Counted from the stretch's first letter, positions 11,591 through 24,487 are shown. The stretch: DNA of 64,000 nucleotides from Phoronis australis (GCA_002633005.1 NMRA01000290.1:60676-124675), one strand, 5' to 3'. A program made the numbers and translations. The notes: a model not told the origin generated them from the sequence alone.

Positions 11591-14500
11591 ACTAACAAAC
11601 AGTGCAGTGTTTACGTAGATTCAGGTGACTTTTCGTTTGGCTCTTGCATGTGAAAATTTAATATCAATGCAACAATCTGCGCCTGTCGGTCGTTGTGGCG
11701 ATTAAGCCCATGCTTGGCGTGACGCTCATCCCCTGATTTTTGAGTTTCAAAAGACCTGGGGGCTAACCGAGACGAGTAGTATTGGCAAAAATTATAAAAC
11801 ATTACAACACAGGCGAAGAGGTAAACCGCAAACGGGAAATAATATTTTTTTTTCTTTCTGAAGACCGCTGGGCGCAGAGATCGCTACATTCAATTTCATT
11901 ACAGGGTTTCTACTCATGGTTTGTGGTATAGAATTCTCTTTAGAAAAGTTTCGCTTTCCGTGGACCTCCCACAATATAAACTCATTGTTGCTGCTTTGCT
12001 GGGGGTAAAAAAATACTGAAAAATCATAAAAACAATACTATAAAAGCAGATCCGTGATAAGCCAAGGTCGTAGTTAGTGGCGGATATACTCTTTACTTTT
12101 GTCAGGGACCATGTACTTAATAATTTTTTTCCATGAATCGTCTACAAGCCCTTGAAGTAGGGCATTCTACCGTACTTTCAAAGATCTGAGCATATTTGAC
12201 ATGCGCAGCTTTCAGAGTAAATATATTCAAAGTTTTAAATTCGAACAGACCCTTTTAATGTTTTGCAAAGCTCTCGGATATCTGTGTTTATATTTTGTTC
12301 ATAAATGCATGGTAGGTGTTTATGTTTAATAATGATAACAATAACAACAACCACAACATCATCACCAACAACAACTAGAAAAATTTCCAACAATTCTTCA
12401 AGCCTTAGAACGTAGAAAAGAATTACTGTAAAAATTACCGTATAATTAGTCTTCTGTTAGTATTTTGTTGCTTTTGTTTTCAAGGTGACTTGTAAGCCCT
12501 CATGTGACTGTAGATGTCAGTTTTCGTTGCGGTGTGTTTGTACAATGTTCAAATAGCTGTAGACTCTCTACCTAGGTCACTATAATAAAATGGATACTAT
12601 CATGTTAAGGGCTGCCTCGTGCACGTGACAATGGCCCCAATTGCCGCTCTGCTTTTGTTTTTGAAACATTACATCCTTTTATACTAGACCCACCTCCCGA
12701 TCATGACACCAACTGCCGCTCATTTATTGTTTCGTTTTTTTTACATTTATCCTTTGGTCTTTATGGGGTCTGCTCTCAGATGGTATACCAATGACTGTAC
12801 AAACCGAGGTTTTGTGAAGCTATAGATTTTATGTTAAAGGGACCCCTTTTGGGGTATGCGCCCGATGATGAAATCCATCATTACTCTTTCCACTAATAAT
12901 GTTGACCCTTTCATGTGAAGCGGGCCCGTTCTCGGAGCAGGTCCTGGTTTTGCTATTCCTATTGCGGAATTACACATCTTCTTCTGCAGGCGCCCCGAAT
13001 ATGGAATCAACTGCCACTATTTCTTGTTTTTAAGGGTCCCGTCTCGAAGAGGTGGGGGCTCTTTTCCTCTTATAAATCCAACGCTCAAACTTGGTGTAGA
13101 GGAGGGGATGTGATAACTTTACCTCACTTTTGTGAGAGGACGCATCCGCTGCTTCAGATAGACATTACGTGTCCGACAAAACAACATTTATGAGAAATAC
13201 AAAAAGTTAAGCCCCGTTTATATGCAGCACTTTCAGACTCGTACGTAAATATATACCATATTCAAAGCTACATCCGAGTGTTGTAAAATTACAACGCGTT
13301 CGTGTGGAAGAAAAGAAAAAACAATATTTGCGCTCAGTACTCTATACATTCTGCAACAAACTCGACATGAGCAGCGCCTGTTTGTGAAGAAAAGATTCTT
13401 CTTGAACACTTTATTAAATCTAGGCAGCTATGAGGCTCTGGTATCGATCACCAAGTTTCATTGCTTTTGGAACTAAATCGCAAACGTAAAGTATGAATGG
13501 GCTGGTGGCTAAAAACATTTGATAATGAAGAAAACAAAGACCAACGGTGGCTTGAAAATTGTGAAGTGGCAGATGCCCTTGTATAAGGCCGGCCTACACA
13601 GTTTCCTCTAACGTATTACAAACAAATAAAACAATCCACCGTTGGAACCAAGTCGTAATGAATAAGTGCAGGATTTGATAACCGCATTGTTGGTAAATTG
13701 GCGGAGTCACGACGCGTTTTACTGTTCTCATGGACGTAAAATTAACATAGTCATAACCGATTACTTGATTAGTCATGCTGCGCAAAATTTCGACTAGGCC
13801 ATCACTTGAATGATAAGTTTGGGATTTCCCAATTGCGGCGGTGTAGTAGTGGTATTGGTGAAAGTCGCATATCGTCCGAAATATTTTCCCGGTTTTTGTT
13901 TCAAAAACATGGTTACTCGTCTGTTTTTGTGTGTGTCTTTACTGGTACTGATTACGTCATTAGTGATGTAAGAACGAGATGGCTTGTACGGTCGCGTTTA
14001 TGACGTGTTGGCTTTTGGAAATTCAGCCTTCAAAGTGGACAGCGAACTTTTGGAAGTGAACCGAAAAGCTGATTTTTCCTGATGAAGTTACAGGTATGCT
14101 TATTGAGATGGTGCCTACCGAGTGAAACCGTGGTAATAAAAGCTGTCGGTGAAAGTTTTACCTTGCTGCAGCAGCGGCGGAGGCGGTGCCGTCCATTTCA
14201 ATAAAATAAGGCATACCAAACCACACACAACAGAGGATCTTTAGGACATTTTATGGAAAGTGGTGTTGCTTTAAGAAGAGAAAAGACCACAGAAAAAAAT
14301 GTAATGGCATTTTTGGCGGAGTGATCTTGCTTTTTTACCCTCGCATGAATTTAAATCTCGTTCACATCAGTGCTCCAGGTGTGTATTTGGCTCTGGAGGT
14401 GGAGTAATTATGCACTATAGTGTAGCTTTACACCCGGTTGTATTTGCGTTCACATGGCAGAAATACACATCGTACGTAAATATAGACTGGAGTGTAAATA

Positions 14501-17146
14501 TAAAGTCGGATGTAAACGCTATCATACAGTATAAGCGAGGCTTTACAGTAGTTTTAGCACTCTTCTGGGTTATGCAACGAAATACACGCAGATCTGACCT
14601 ATACGTTAATAACTCGAGTTTCAGTCCAACACTGTCACCTACTTGTGCTGTATGTAGCAATTTACAGATTAAAACAAAGTCTCATAAAGTTCACAGTCTA
14701 GCGGCCATAACATGTCAGCACTATTGATCAAGTTTCAGCTGCTGGTACCCATACAATTCTCGTTAGTGGATGAGTCAAGTTCGCACACAATGCATACCTT
14801 TGTCGACCGCATTTCTCAAACGCCTGGAAAATGCACAAAAAGGTTGGTTAAATTTGATTTTTGAAACACGACGATTGGTTATTTCAAGTAGCGTCTTTCA
14901 CATGCTGTATATATTTCATGTACAAATAAAACTGTCATTCCGAAATTGGAGATTTACATTTTTATTACTTCTTTGTTTAAAAGGTACCTATGCTGTGAGA
15001 TTGTGCGTGGATGGATAGAGAATTATTAAATCCAGAAATTAATTTATTATATGATAACCACTAATTAAATCCAGTGAAACACGTTGTTATATAAGTAGAC
15101 TAAGAATGAAGAAGAGTAAATACACTGGCGCCCTCAATAGGGATAACTTCAATCAGTAGGACTCGATTGTTATTGGATGACAGTCCTGTTGGTGAATCTT
15201 CGAACTAACACACATTGTACTGCGACAGTGTATTTGCTGGTCCTTCGCGACGCAGCACTTGCAGGCAGTATCTTCTACCCACGATCCTCTTGCTGGTCAC
15301 TGTTCCTCGTGACACAACACTGGCAGGCAATGTCTGCTACCCACGATTCCTTTTGCCTGTCACATTTCCTCGTGACGCAACACTTGCAGGCAGTATCTTA
15401 CTACCCACGATGCAAGTGACAAGCTTTTAGTAATAACATCCTGCTCGTTAAGGGGGCACACTACAGTTCAAGTACTACAGGGTTTTGGCTGCCGACACAC
15501 ACCCAAGTGGAGTCTTTATATCACGTCCTTATCGAGAATCTAAAAAAACAAAAGATTTTTTGCCGTTCCCAACTCAAAAGCACTACTCATGATAACTGAA
15601 ACTTAATTCTGCTACAGATTTTTAATCGGGTAATTCCCTATCGGGAAAAATATAGGACCAAAAAACACCAAATTTGACAGTTTTCTCCCCATATTTACTA
15701 CTTCCCTGCAAGTGCTGGAAAATGCTCGTTCTCTCTAGATTCTAAAAATGTGGTCATAGTACGCCCCTTACCAGCTACTTTTTTCGCAATTTGGATCTGT
15801 CTGACAGCCACCTGAAATCACACCCGTTTTCTCAGTCAGTAGGCGACGGGTTAAAAGTAAGCGACAGCCACCATTTTGCACGGAAAGTGGGTCACGGCTA
15901 AAACTGAAATACTTGGCTTTTCTCAGTCAAAAACACAAGTAAATCAGTTTCCTGGCAATTTTTTTCAACAAATTCCTCAAACTTGACACACGCCCTGTGT
16001 TTATTCTAGGCCATTAGAAAATGCCCTGTGGCTACAGCCTAACTGTTCAGTGCCACCAAACACATGCCCTTGCCACTACAAGATCCTCTTTAGAATCTTC
16101 CACGAGATGGCTCTGTTGTACAATTTCTTCTGTACACTGTATCAATTCTCCTCGCTTCGACTACTAAATCTCATGTGAGTATTCTGCAATCCTCAGCCCA
16201 AATTATTACTTAACGATTGGTTGTTACGATTTGCTCTCAGAAATTTCCAGTCTAAAATCTTTAGAGTGCATTGACCCCAGAAACAAAGCAGCAAACATCA
16301 TCTAAAAATAGATCTTGATGTCAAAAATGCGTGTAAACAAGTTTGACCCCATGGTTTAAAAGTACATATGCACAAATTTTGGGCAACTTAAATGGAACCA
16401 TCTGAACTAATTATTTAATCAATATTTATTCTGACAATCTGGCTCTCGAGACTATTGCACGTGAGCATGTGCACGTGAGCATGTGCACGTGAGCATGTGC
16501 ACGTGAGCATGTGCACGTGAGCATGTGCACGTGAGCATGTGCACGTGAGCATGTGCACGTGAGCATGTGCACGTGAGCATGTGCACGTGAGCATGTGCAC
16601 GTGAGCATGTGTATGTGAGAATTTCATAATTTATTTCGGACTAACAGCGCTTCGGATCAATAATCCATCAGACCTAAGGACAGGCCTTTGGACTATCGAT
16701 CGGATCCCCCAACTAATTTTTGCTTTTTGTGTGCGCTGAATGGTTCATCACGATAAAGTGTATAAAATCACCAATTTCATATCAAAACACACAAAAAAAA
16801 CAATAAACAACCCATCAGTTTACCAGCTGTCAAATTAGAATACCCGCAAATATTACCTGACTATATGTTAGCCGATCTCAGTTGCGAACATTTGTTTGTC
16901 GTCACGTTCAGTAGACGCTAGGACCTACGCTAGGACCTAGCTAAAACCTAGTCAAAGTCGTCACGTGTTCTCATTCAAAATGCACTGCAATATCTCACGT
17001 AATCTCGCGAAGTCTTGCTTTTTAGCGAGGTCCTAGCGTTACTGAACGGGAGGCGGGACAACCAATCACAGCATTAGTCATCCTCCATTTTCGTTTGTGT
17101 GAAAAATCGTCAGATGTCGCTGCTTGTTTTGCCGTGGTTTATGCTA
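11591..17146 (+). repeat. Copy 2 of the approximately 5.6-kb duplicated block
   Basis: Begins immediately after the N gap and aligns by eye to 5663-11234. The ORF track shows paired near-identical ORFs (6988/12915, 7913/13806, 8852/14770). Confidence 0.9.
16456..16609 (+). repeat. Perfect 14-bp minisatellite (TGCACGTGAGCATG)x11
   Basis: 154 bp equals 11 exact units. The other copy (10556-10583) has only 2 units. Confidence 0.95.
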
Positions 17147-17780
17147 TAGTAAAGAATGACGAGGCACTCGGTTTGTGGTTGTTGCGATAAATCTGTATAT
17201 GAGCACGCGGTGGATCATCGTCGTCCCCAAGCCTCAAGATGGCCGGCTTTGATCGGTTTAGCCATTTAAGGCTTTGTGAGGAGAAATTTACTTGACAGAA
17301 TTCTGACACATTTTTACGAAACTCGTCGAAAGATCACGAGTGATATTAAGTTATATCACCCCTGAAACTTGCTATAGTATAATACAAAAAATCAAAATTT
17401 GCAATATTTATACAGCAATTTAGACTTACAGGTGTGTAGCTCATTAAAAAAATTGATGTATTTGATTTCCAAAGCAGCATAATTTCTTTGGTGCTTTCAA
17501 CCAATCAGAATTGACAATAAGTACGTGAGCACCCTTTATTTCAAACAACGAATCAAAGCAGTGTCGCCTGCTTCCTTGGTAGCAACAACAACGCCTGTGA
17601 AAATAGTAGATCTTGTTTAATTTCTGGAAAAGATGATCAATTTATCACACCATGGACGTAAGGAAATCATATTCAAGAAATGGTTTAGAAATTAATATGT
17701 TTGAAGGTTTCTTATGACGCTCTTGTGAGCAGTGAATGTCATCTACGGCCAATCAGTGCGCAGAAGGGATATCTACTAAC

Positions 17781-18140
17781 CCTCGCTGGTTCCCTACGTG
17801 CCTAGCTAGCACGCAGGTATCACGCAGTGGCACGCGCTTTAGCATTGGTTGCTGTAACCTCAGCAGTCATTGGTTAGCTTTACAACACAGTGAAAAAATG
17901 GCGGACTGTGAACGATTTAGCGTTGTCGTGCAAGTGGCGTCGCAGCAACTATTTCGTTTCTGCAATGATCTTTTACTTGAATAGCCGCGTGCTTGAAGCA
18001 CGTACATGTACAATAAACACATATCTGGTTGACAGTAGAAAGATGCACTCCGAAAAGGCGCAACCACAATTTCCGATTCACATTTCCTGAACATAAATTT
18101 TAAGCACCGATTTGCTTGTACAACAGACCACATTTACATT
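17781..18140 (-). mobile_element. One-ended partial copy of the Mutator-like element at 46895-47459
   Basis: Starts with the same TIR (CTCGCTGGTTCCCTACGTGCC), and its interior is the reverse complement of about 47050-47459. Confidence 0.6.
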
Positions 18141-21100
18141 TCTGTCCATCAGTTAAACGTCCGACAGGGAGTGACAAACACGTTCGGTGCACGTTGTGTG
18201 GGACCAACTTTCGCAATAATCATGGTGGCCGATTAGAACAAAGCGACACAAACAGAGGAAACATTAGAACTTGCTAAAATGGATGAATAGTGTGTTTCCA
18301 TTTTAGTTCGCGCTGAACTATTCTTGACCCCACAAAATTACTACTTTTTGTCCGGAAAACTACTACTTTCACTTCTTAGAAGTTGGCACCTCTGGCCATG
18401 CTTGACATGACGTTGGCTTGTAAGTTACGCACAGGAAGAGGATAGTCCTTGCCAAGTGTCCCTGTAGACTATAGGCGAAGCGAAGTCGATTGGTTGGTTT
18501 TCGCAGGTGCTTTCTGTTCCACACCACTGGAATTACTAACTCACAAAATGAAAGCTCATTCACACTCCCCTAGAATACACTGCATTACCGACACACGGAA
18601 GAATAGTCCTAGTATTACCTACTGATATCTGTCCCATTACGAATACATGATGCAAGGTCGCTTGATATTACGCACTGGCGCTTCGACAGGCCTCGCACGG
18701 GTGATTGTCCTCTTTCTTGAATTATACTGGCGGAAAGTTGTGAGTGACGACGTGTACCCCGTGCGAAGCTTATCCACACACCCTGCAACATCAAATGAGC
18801 GTAATATCAGGCATCAGAGTACCACTAAAGTATCAAAATGGCGTTTCACAGTACATCATGTACTCTCGAATAATGGGCACATTTTTCGCTTCTGATATTA
18901 GCTTTTGTACGTATAAGTAGTTGGTAAAAGCACAGCTTCCAAATGTACTTTTTTAATGCTCGCCCAGTCGTGCCACGATCTTATCGATGATCAGTCATCA
19001 GGTAATCGGTGGAGTCATCGACACCAACGAATAAATCAGTAAGTTGTGCAACATGGGACATAGTTAAGATTGGCCTAACGACGCTTGTCGCTTCTTCCAA
19101 CATGTAATTGCATAATGTTATTTCACCATTGCATTAGTGAAGCTTTCACTTCAAAAATTCTTCCGGCAACTATTGTAATACGTGCATTATCATGACGTCA
19201 GGGTAGCATAGGTAAGCTACTGGATTGTAGTGCTACGGTAGCCATTCTCGGCTATGTTGTCGTTAACCTATTGTTTTAAAAGTCTTAACTGTATCGTGTT
19301 GTACTGAATTGTCTAACACAGTTTCTACATCCTCTGTCAGGTGCAGTGCTTCTGAAACGATGAGTTTACGCCGTTGATGGATTCTCTTACTGCATGCTCA
19401 AATTCTGTTTTGTTAGCTACAATAGTTAAGTAGTATTGATATAAGATGATTTTTGTTCACTGATCAAAATCGACCCTCTTAAGTCCCGTCCACACACAGC
19501 CTACCCAACAACGATTTGCCCTAGCGCTACACATATCCCCGATAACTAGAGTAAGGAAGTTGTCGCTTAATTTGTGCCTGGCACGAATAGCTAATGCGAA
19601 TACGGCGCAAATAAAAAACGGATAGGAGTTCAGTAACGCAAGAACATCGCTAAAGGCAAGACATTGCAAGATTACGTTGGATATTTTCATATATTTTAAA
19701 TGAGAACTTGTGGTTTTGGCTACATTTTAGCAAGGTCCTTGGGTAGGCCCCATCGTTACTGAACTCTGCCCCGTTCTGTATGTTACCGCAGGTGGTAATT
19801 ACTTCCGCCTTGATTGTCCCAAGTGTGCGGCCACACAGCGATTAGAAGTGGCACAAGGTTCCCTACTAAAACAAGTTGCCCTACCTCGACAAGGTGGAGT
19901 AAATTGTCACAAGTGGGGTGAATTGCTCTAGTTTAAATAGCGTCCACATAGCCTCCAAACCTTGCAACAGCCCGTTCCAGGAGTAACTTCTTCTAGGGCG
20001 TCTCTGTGTCATGGACGGTACTTTTGAAAACCCCTCGTTCATTTCACACTAACATTTGTTTTACAAAAGCCGGTTGTTTCCGTGATCAGCCATCTTTGAC
20101 AAGAGGTAAGCGTTTCATTTTTGTTTAATTGTTTAGCGTTGCTGTTTTGTTTAAGCAATCTCTCGTTACTTTTTCGGGTGGAACAGCTTATTAATTTAAA
20201 TGTCAGTCATTTTTTATCAAAATGACGTAGTCTATATTATTATAGAGGGTCTCACCTGAAGGCAGCCAAAATGAGGGAACCTTCATAAAGAGTACCACCT
20301 GAAGGCGGCCATAAACGGGACCTGTTATATTAATTTAGAGCCTCGCTCTTGGTCTTTGGGAGGGGTCCTTGCATTAATATAGAGGACCCTACTTCTGAGG
20401 CTTGAAAATGAATTTATCGCTTTAAGTCATTTTAATTAGTATGAAGTCGTTATAAGCTGTTAACAGTAATAAGCTGCTGGGCACTTGCGATTTGATTTAG
20501 CGTCATTTGACGCTATCTCCGCCAGAATTTGACTCAACACGTGACTCGTAATTTCGCAATACCATACTATCCTAAGGGGACAACAAAATAGAAAACTGTA
20601 TGCCAAAAGTATAAGTTTTCAGTCGACTCTCCAAAAAGCTAGCAACACTCTTATGTTTAATCAAACTTGTCTCCAGGTTGTCACCTAGGTAATGCGGCTG
20701 GTTCTCCTTATGTAAGAAGTTTCCTGTCATGCTACAGGCCGGAGCCACAGGAATATTCTGTGAAGAAAATGATTTACTCGTCTTCACGCCGATGATAGGG
20801 GTGGTCTAACTACCGACGAAATAACTGAGAATGAAGACTCCAATAAAATCCATTTATTCAAGAAATAATTCGATAAGTGTAAACTAATTGGCTTAGCTTG
20901 GGTTATTGCCACCTAGACGGAAGATACATTGCCGCCTCCTCCTATCGTTAAACGGTATGGCATAGTAGTAACTAATATATGTAATACCACAGCTCTCAGC
21001 CTCCTTCTGCATGTCAATGTCGATTTCGTGCCACCAATTGTCGATCGGATGCCCCCCGCAAATAAAACATATAATCCAAACAAAAATAAAACAACACTTA

Positions 21101-21716
21101 CCTGTCGCCAGATTGAATGCATGAATAAAATCTTAGCTGAACGACACTGCCACAAATGAAGAAAGTGAACATGTTAGTTATCCATCAAAGTTCCGACACA
21201 GTTATGCAAATTTAAGAGGATCCACAGTAAATTTCCCTCTTGTAAGCCCAGTCAAGTATATGTCCAGATGGCGTGTCCAAAGAAATTTTTCCGAAAATAA
21301 ACCTAGGGGGCATACATTTTAGAACAAAATTGTATGGTTGAAACAAAAATTTCTCCAGTCTCATTATGACGATTTTTAGGGATATTTTAAGGGCGAGGTA
21401 CAGTACTAATTCGCCCCTACGTGTATTCGGCATAAATAATATTGGTCCTGGTGTATCGTTACATCTAACTTTTTGTCTCCTAGGCTTATATTCGGAAATC
21501 ACTAGCATTATTCACAAAAATTGTTTACATCAGTTGTAGTTAGCGCAGGCACCGGCCTGAGAGACACATCACCTGGGGTATATGAAACGAGTTAAAACTA
21601 TAATTAGCAACACAACACTAAAAGCTTTTGAATCTAGCAATTTGAAGTATTCGTACGACTGAAGTGCTCCGAAAACTATCCGATCTTAGTAATGTTTGAG
21701 ATCGACATCTTGCACT

Positions 21717-21855
21717 CTGTGGCGGATTTAGAGGGTGGCCATAAAATTCTCCCAGATTCCATTTGGCAATGCGGGGGTGCGAATGTCTGTCGGGAAAAAT
21801 CCTGGCTAATACTCTGCCCAGGCCCCCCCAACTCAGAATCCTGGATCCGCCCCTG
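21717..21855. mobile_element. Short MITE of the CAG(T/G)GGCGGAT...ATCCGCCCCTG type
   Basis: TIR CTGTGGCGGATTTAG / CTGGATCCGCCCCTG, with the same interior as 28015-28171. Possible 5-bp TSD gcact/ggact. Confidence 0.65.
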
Positions 21856-21984
21856 GGACTCCCGTCATTCGATAAAGGGTTACAAAATATGATTGTCTGT
21901 TCATTGCCTTATCAAACTTTTGTGGCTTAAGAACGTTCCAAATTTAAAGCAATCAGTGATGACCTAACATACACGACTGTTGTA

Positions 21985-22472
21985 TGGGGAAAAGCTTCGC
22001 CGTAAAATTACGCTCATAATTACGAGCGTAAGTCAAATTGCAAAAGTGTTGCGGTAAAATTACGCCCGTAAATTAAATGGGGTAAATGTCGCCGTAAATT
22101 ACGCTCGAAAAATACCTTAAGAACGTTCCAAATTTAAACCAACCAGTGATAACCCAACATACACGACTGTTGCTGAGCAGCTCGTTCTTGCACAATCGCT
22201 GACATGGCAGCAGCGATTTGATCCGCCATGATTCAGCGCTGGTATCGTAGACATGAAACCCGCCAGTAAATAAGTATTTCCATGAGCGCGCGCGATCTTG
22301 GATTGTAAAACCCAACGTCATTGGCTAAGAGTTTAAACTAAAAGTTACGAGCGTAACTTTACGCCGTAAAGAATTACATTACGCTCGTAATTTTACGGCG
22401 TTATTAACGGCGTAAATAACGGCGTAATGTACACAATTACGCTCGTATTTTTCCGGCGACACTTTCCCCCCA
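21985..22472. mobile_element. MITE with TTACGCCGTAA/TTACGCTCGTAA subterminal repeats
   Basis: TIR TGGGGAAAAGCTTCGCCG / CGGCGACACTTTCCCCCA, with many TTACG..CGTAA units at both ends. Confidence 0.6.
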
Positions 22473-24455
22473 GCGTCCCATCATAGCGGCCGTAATATTA
22501 CGCCACGCTTCCTCTTGTAAACTACAAGCAGCGTGCTGCCAATACAGCATTGGTATTACAAGAAAATTCGCATAAATGTCATCAGAAATCCCAAGTCACC
22601 ATAACATAAAACTTCGTTCATGGATGATGTTACACGTCTGGGATACGTGATGAAAAAAATCGCCTGGTGGCGTGCAACTGAGGCATATGAGCGTGTAACC
22701 TTAGAGACACACACGTACGTAATATCCAGCATTTATGCGTAATATCATAGATGATGAAAAAATTGCCCGTACAACTAAGACCTATACAAGTACCCCTGCC
22801 TAACATCAAACGACCATAATATTATGCAAAAAGCTCCGTACCGAGTGATGACTTACTGCGCATGCAGCAGCAAAGAGTAATGGGCAAATTTTAGCGTCTG
22901 CATTAGGTTTTAGTACATTTAAGTTGGTGGCAAAGCATACAGCTCACATTTGAAGTTTCATAGTTGAACGGTTGTTTGACACGGACACCGCCGCAAAGTT
23001 TGACTTGAGTAGGTTGGAATCATATTCGCTATCGCTGGGAACGGAATTACCAAAAATATGAGCTAAAACTGTCTCAGCTACCTCGTGGGTTGACTGTTTG
23101 ACAATTATCTACCTGAACTGCGTCTGTATACGACCGCTCAAGAGGAATCGCCCATGCGAGTCNTGTAAACGCCCGTGCGTAATATCAAGCGGCCGTAATA
23201 TTACGCTACAAACTTTCACCACAGTATGGAAAAACTGAGTCACTGTGCATTGTGCAGCCAGAAGTAATGGCCATATTTTAACTACTGATATTAGGTTTTA
23301 GTGCCTTCAAGTTGATGGCAGTCGCAAAGTCCACACTTGCCCATTTTAATAGTCGGACACCCACTTGTGCCAGACAAGGACCCCTGGGCGCTGTTTAAAT
23401 TGTTCGTGGGAAGGACACGGTTTTCAAAAAAGCGTGCGCCGCGCCTTGTAAAAATCAACCCGTACTTCAGCACTATGACCACGCACAGGGGAAAATCATT
23501 CGAGTGCCGGAGGCCAATCGCACCCGTGCGTAATATCAAGCGTCCGTAATGTCATACCTCGGAACACGACGGAAGGAACCAAAGAGTGAAACAGCTTGTT
23601 TATTGAAGTTAGCCTTCACAAGCGCCGGACAGGGAAAATCACCCGAGAGGAGCGTATCTAAGCACCCGCGCGTAATATCAAGCGACCGTAATATCAGGCA
23701 TCGGAGCACGACAGAAGGTTCGAGAGAGTGAAACAATAATACAGCGTGTTTACGAGAGCTAGCCTTCGACATTTTAAGTCACAGGCGTTCAATCATTTGA
23801 GCTTCGCCAGAATTTAACTCTCACCCCGCTTCCGCCATCATATGGTATATATTTTAAGCCAAGCTGTTGTGACCCTTGGTGTCTCAACTGTACATCCTTC
23901 GGAGCTAGAACATGTTTTAACATAACACGACAAAACCAACAAAACATAACGGATGAAAAAAAAACTTCCAACAAATCGTCTTATAAACTACAAGCAACAT
24001 ACTGTCAAGCGCTAGCGTTACCACAAAATTCGAATAAATGCGGCATTTCAGATATCCCAAGTCACCATACGGCAAATTTCATTCTTGCTCGATATTACAC
24101 ATCAGTGCGTAAGATTACGCAAAAATGCGTAAGATTACACATCAGTGTAATATTACGCACCCGTGCGTAATATCAAGCAGTCGTGGGTAATATTACGCAT
24201 GACTTGCGTAATATTACGCATTCCTTGTGTGTAATATTACGAAAGTAAATTTCAATGGCTAATTAACGGAAGACTAAATGAGGTTTTTCAAGAGTAGAAC
24301 ATGAAATGCATTAAGGAGGGGGTCATGATCGATTATAAACCAATTTTAAAAACAAAATGTTGATATTTATCTGAAATGTAATATTACATTTCAGTTTGGG
24401 ACAAAATGGGAAAGTCCCTTTTTAACTTCGAATTTAAAAGATAATTTTTTTTCAG

Positions 24456-24487
24456 GTATCAAAGCAATTGGTGGTGCTACTGAAGAG
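24456..24487 (+). CDS. FAAP24: FAAP24-like protein, penultimate 32-nt exon (x-IKAIGGATEE)
   Basis: Strong acceptor ttttttttcag and donor gag|gtatct. It splices in frame to 25266 to give (S/G)IKAIGGATEEDLSAAVGSASARHILQFFNAP, resembling the FAAP24 C-terminal (HhH)2 end (SIQQLSNASIGELEQVVGQAVAQQIHAFF). Confidence 0.65.

Larger units (their letters stand above)
18640..24270. repeat. Field of diverged modular repeats built on GCACCCGTGCGTAATATCAAGCGNCCGTAATATTACGC
   Basis: Core copies at about 18655 (inverted), 18778, 22485, 22711, 22790, 23171, 23520, 23662 and 24157, with a dense CGTAATATTACG cluster at 24105-24242. Flanking modules are also shared (22515-22610 resembles 23980-24070; 18870, 22877 and 23264 resemble each other). 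Confidence 0.7.

Noticed and set aside
5854-15430. Paired short ORFs in the duplicated block
   Set aside because: No domain signal, and indels between the copies shift frames. They recur only because the DNA is duplicated.
16415-16627. ORFs with HAHVHMLTCTCSRA repeats
   Set aside because: Translation artefact of the 14-bp minisatellite.
23163-23163. Single n as a hidden large gap holding the missing FAAP24 exons
   Set aside because: The sequence on both sides continues one repeat unit colinear with the sister unit at about 18660-18712 (inverted), so it looks like one ambiguous base.
22485-24242. CRISPR-like repeat-spacer array
   Set aside because: Spacing is irregular (80-500 bp), the intervening sequences are homologous to one another, there are no cas genes, and the context is eukaryotic.
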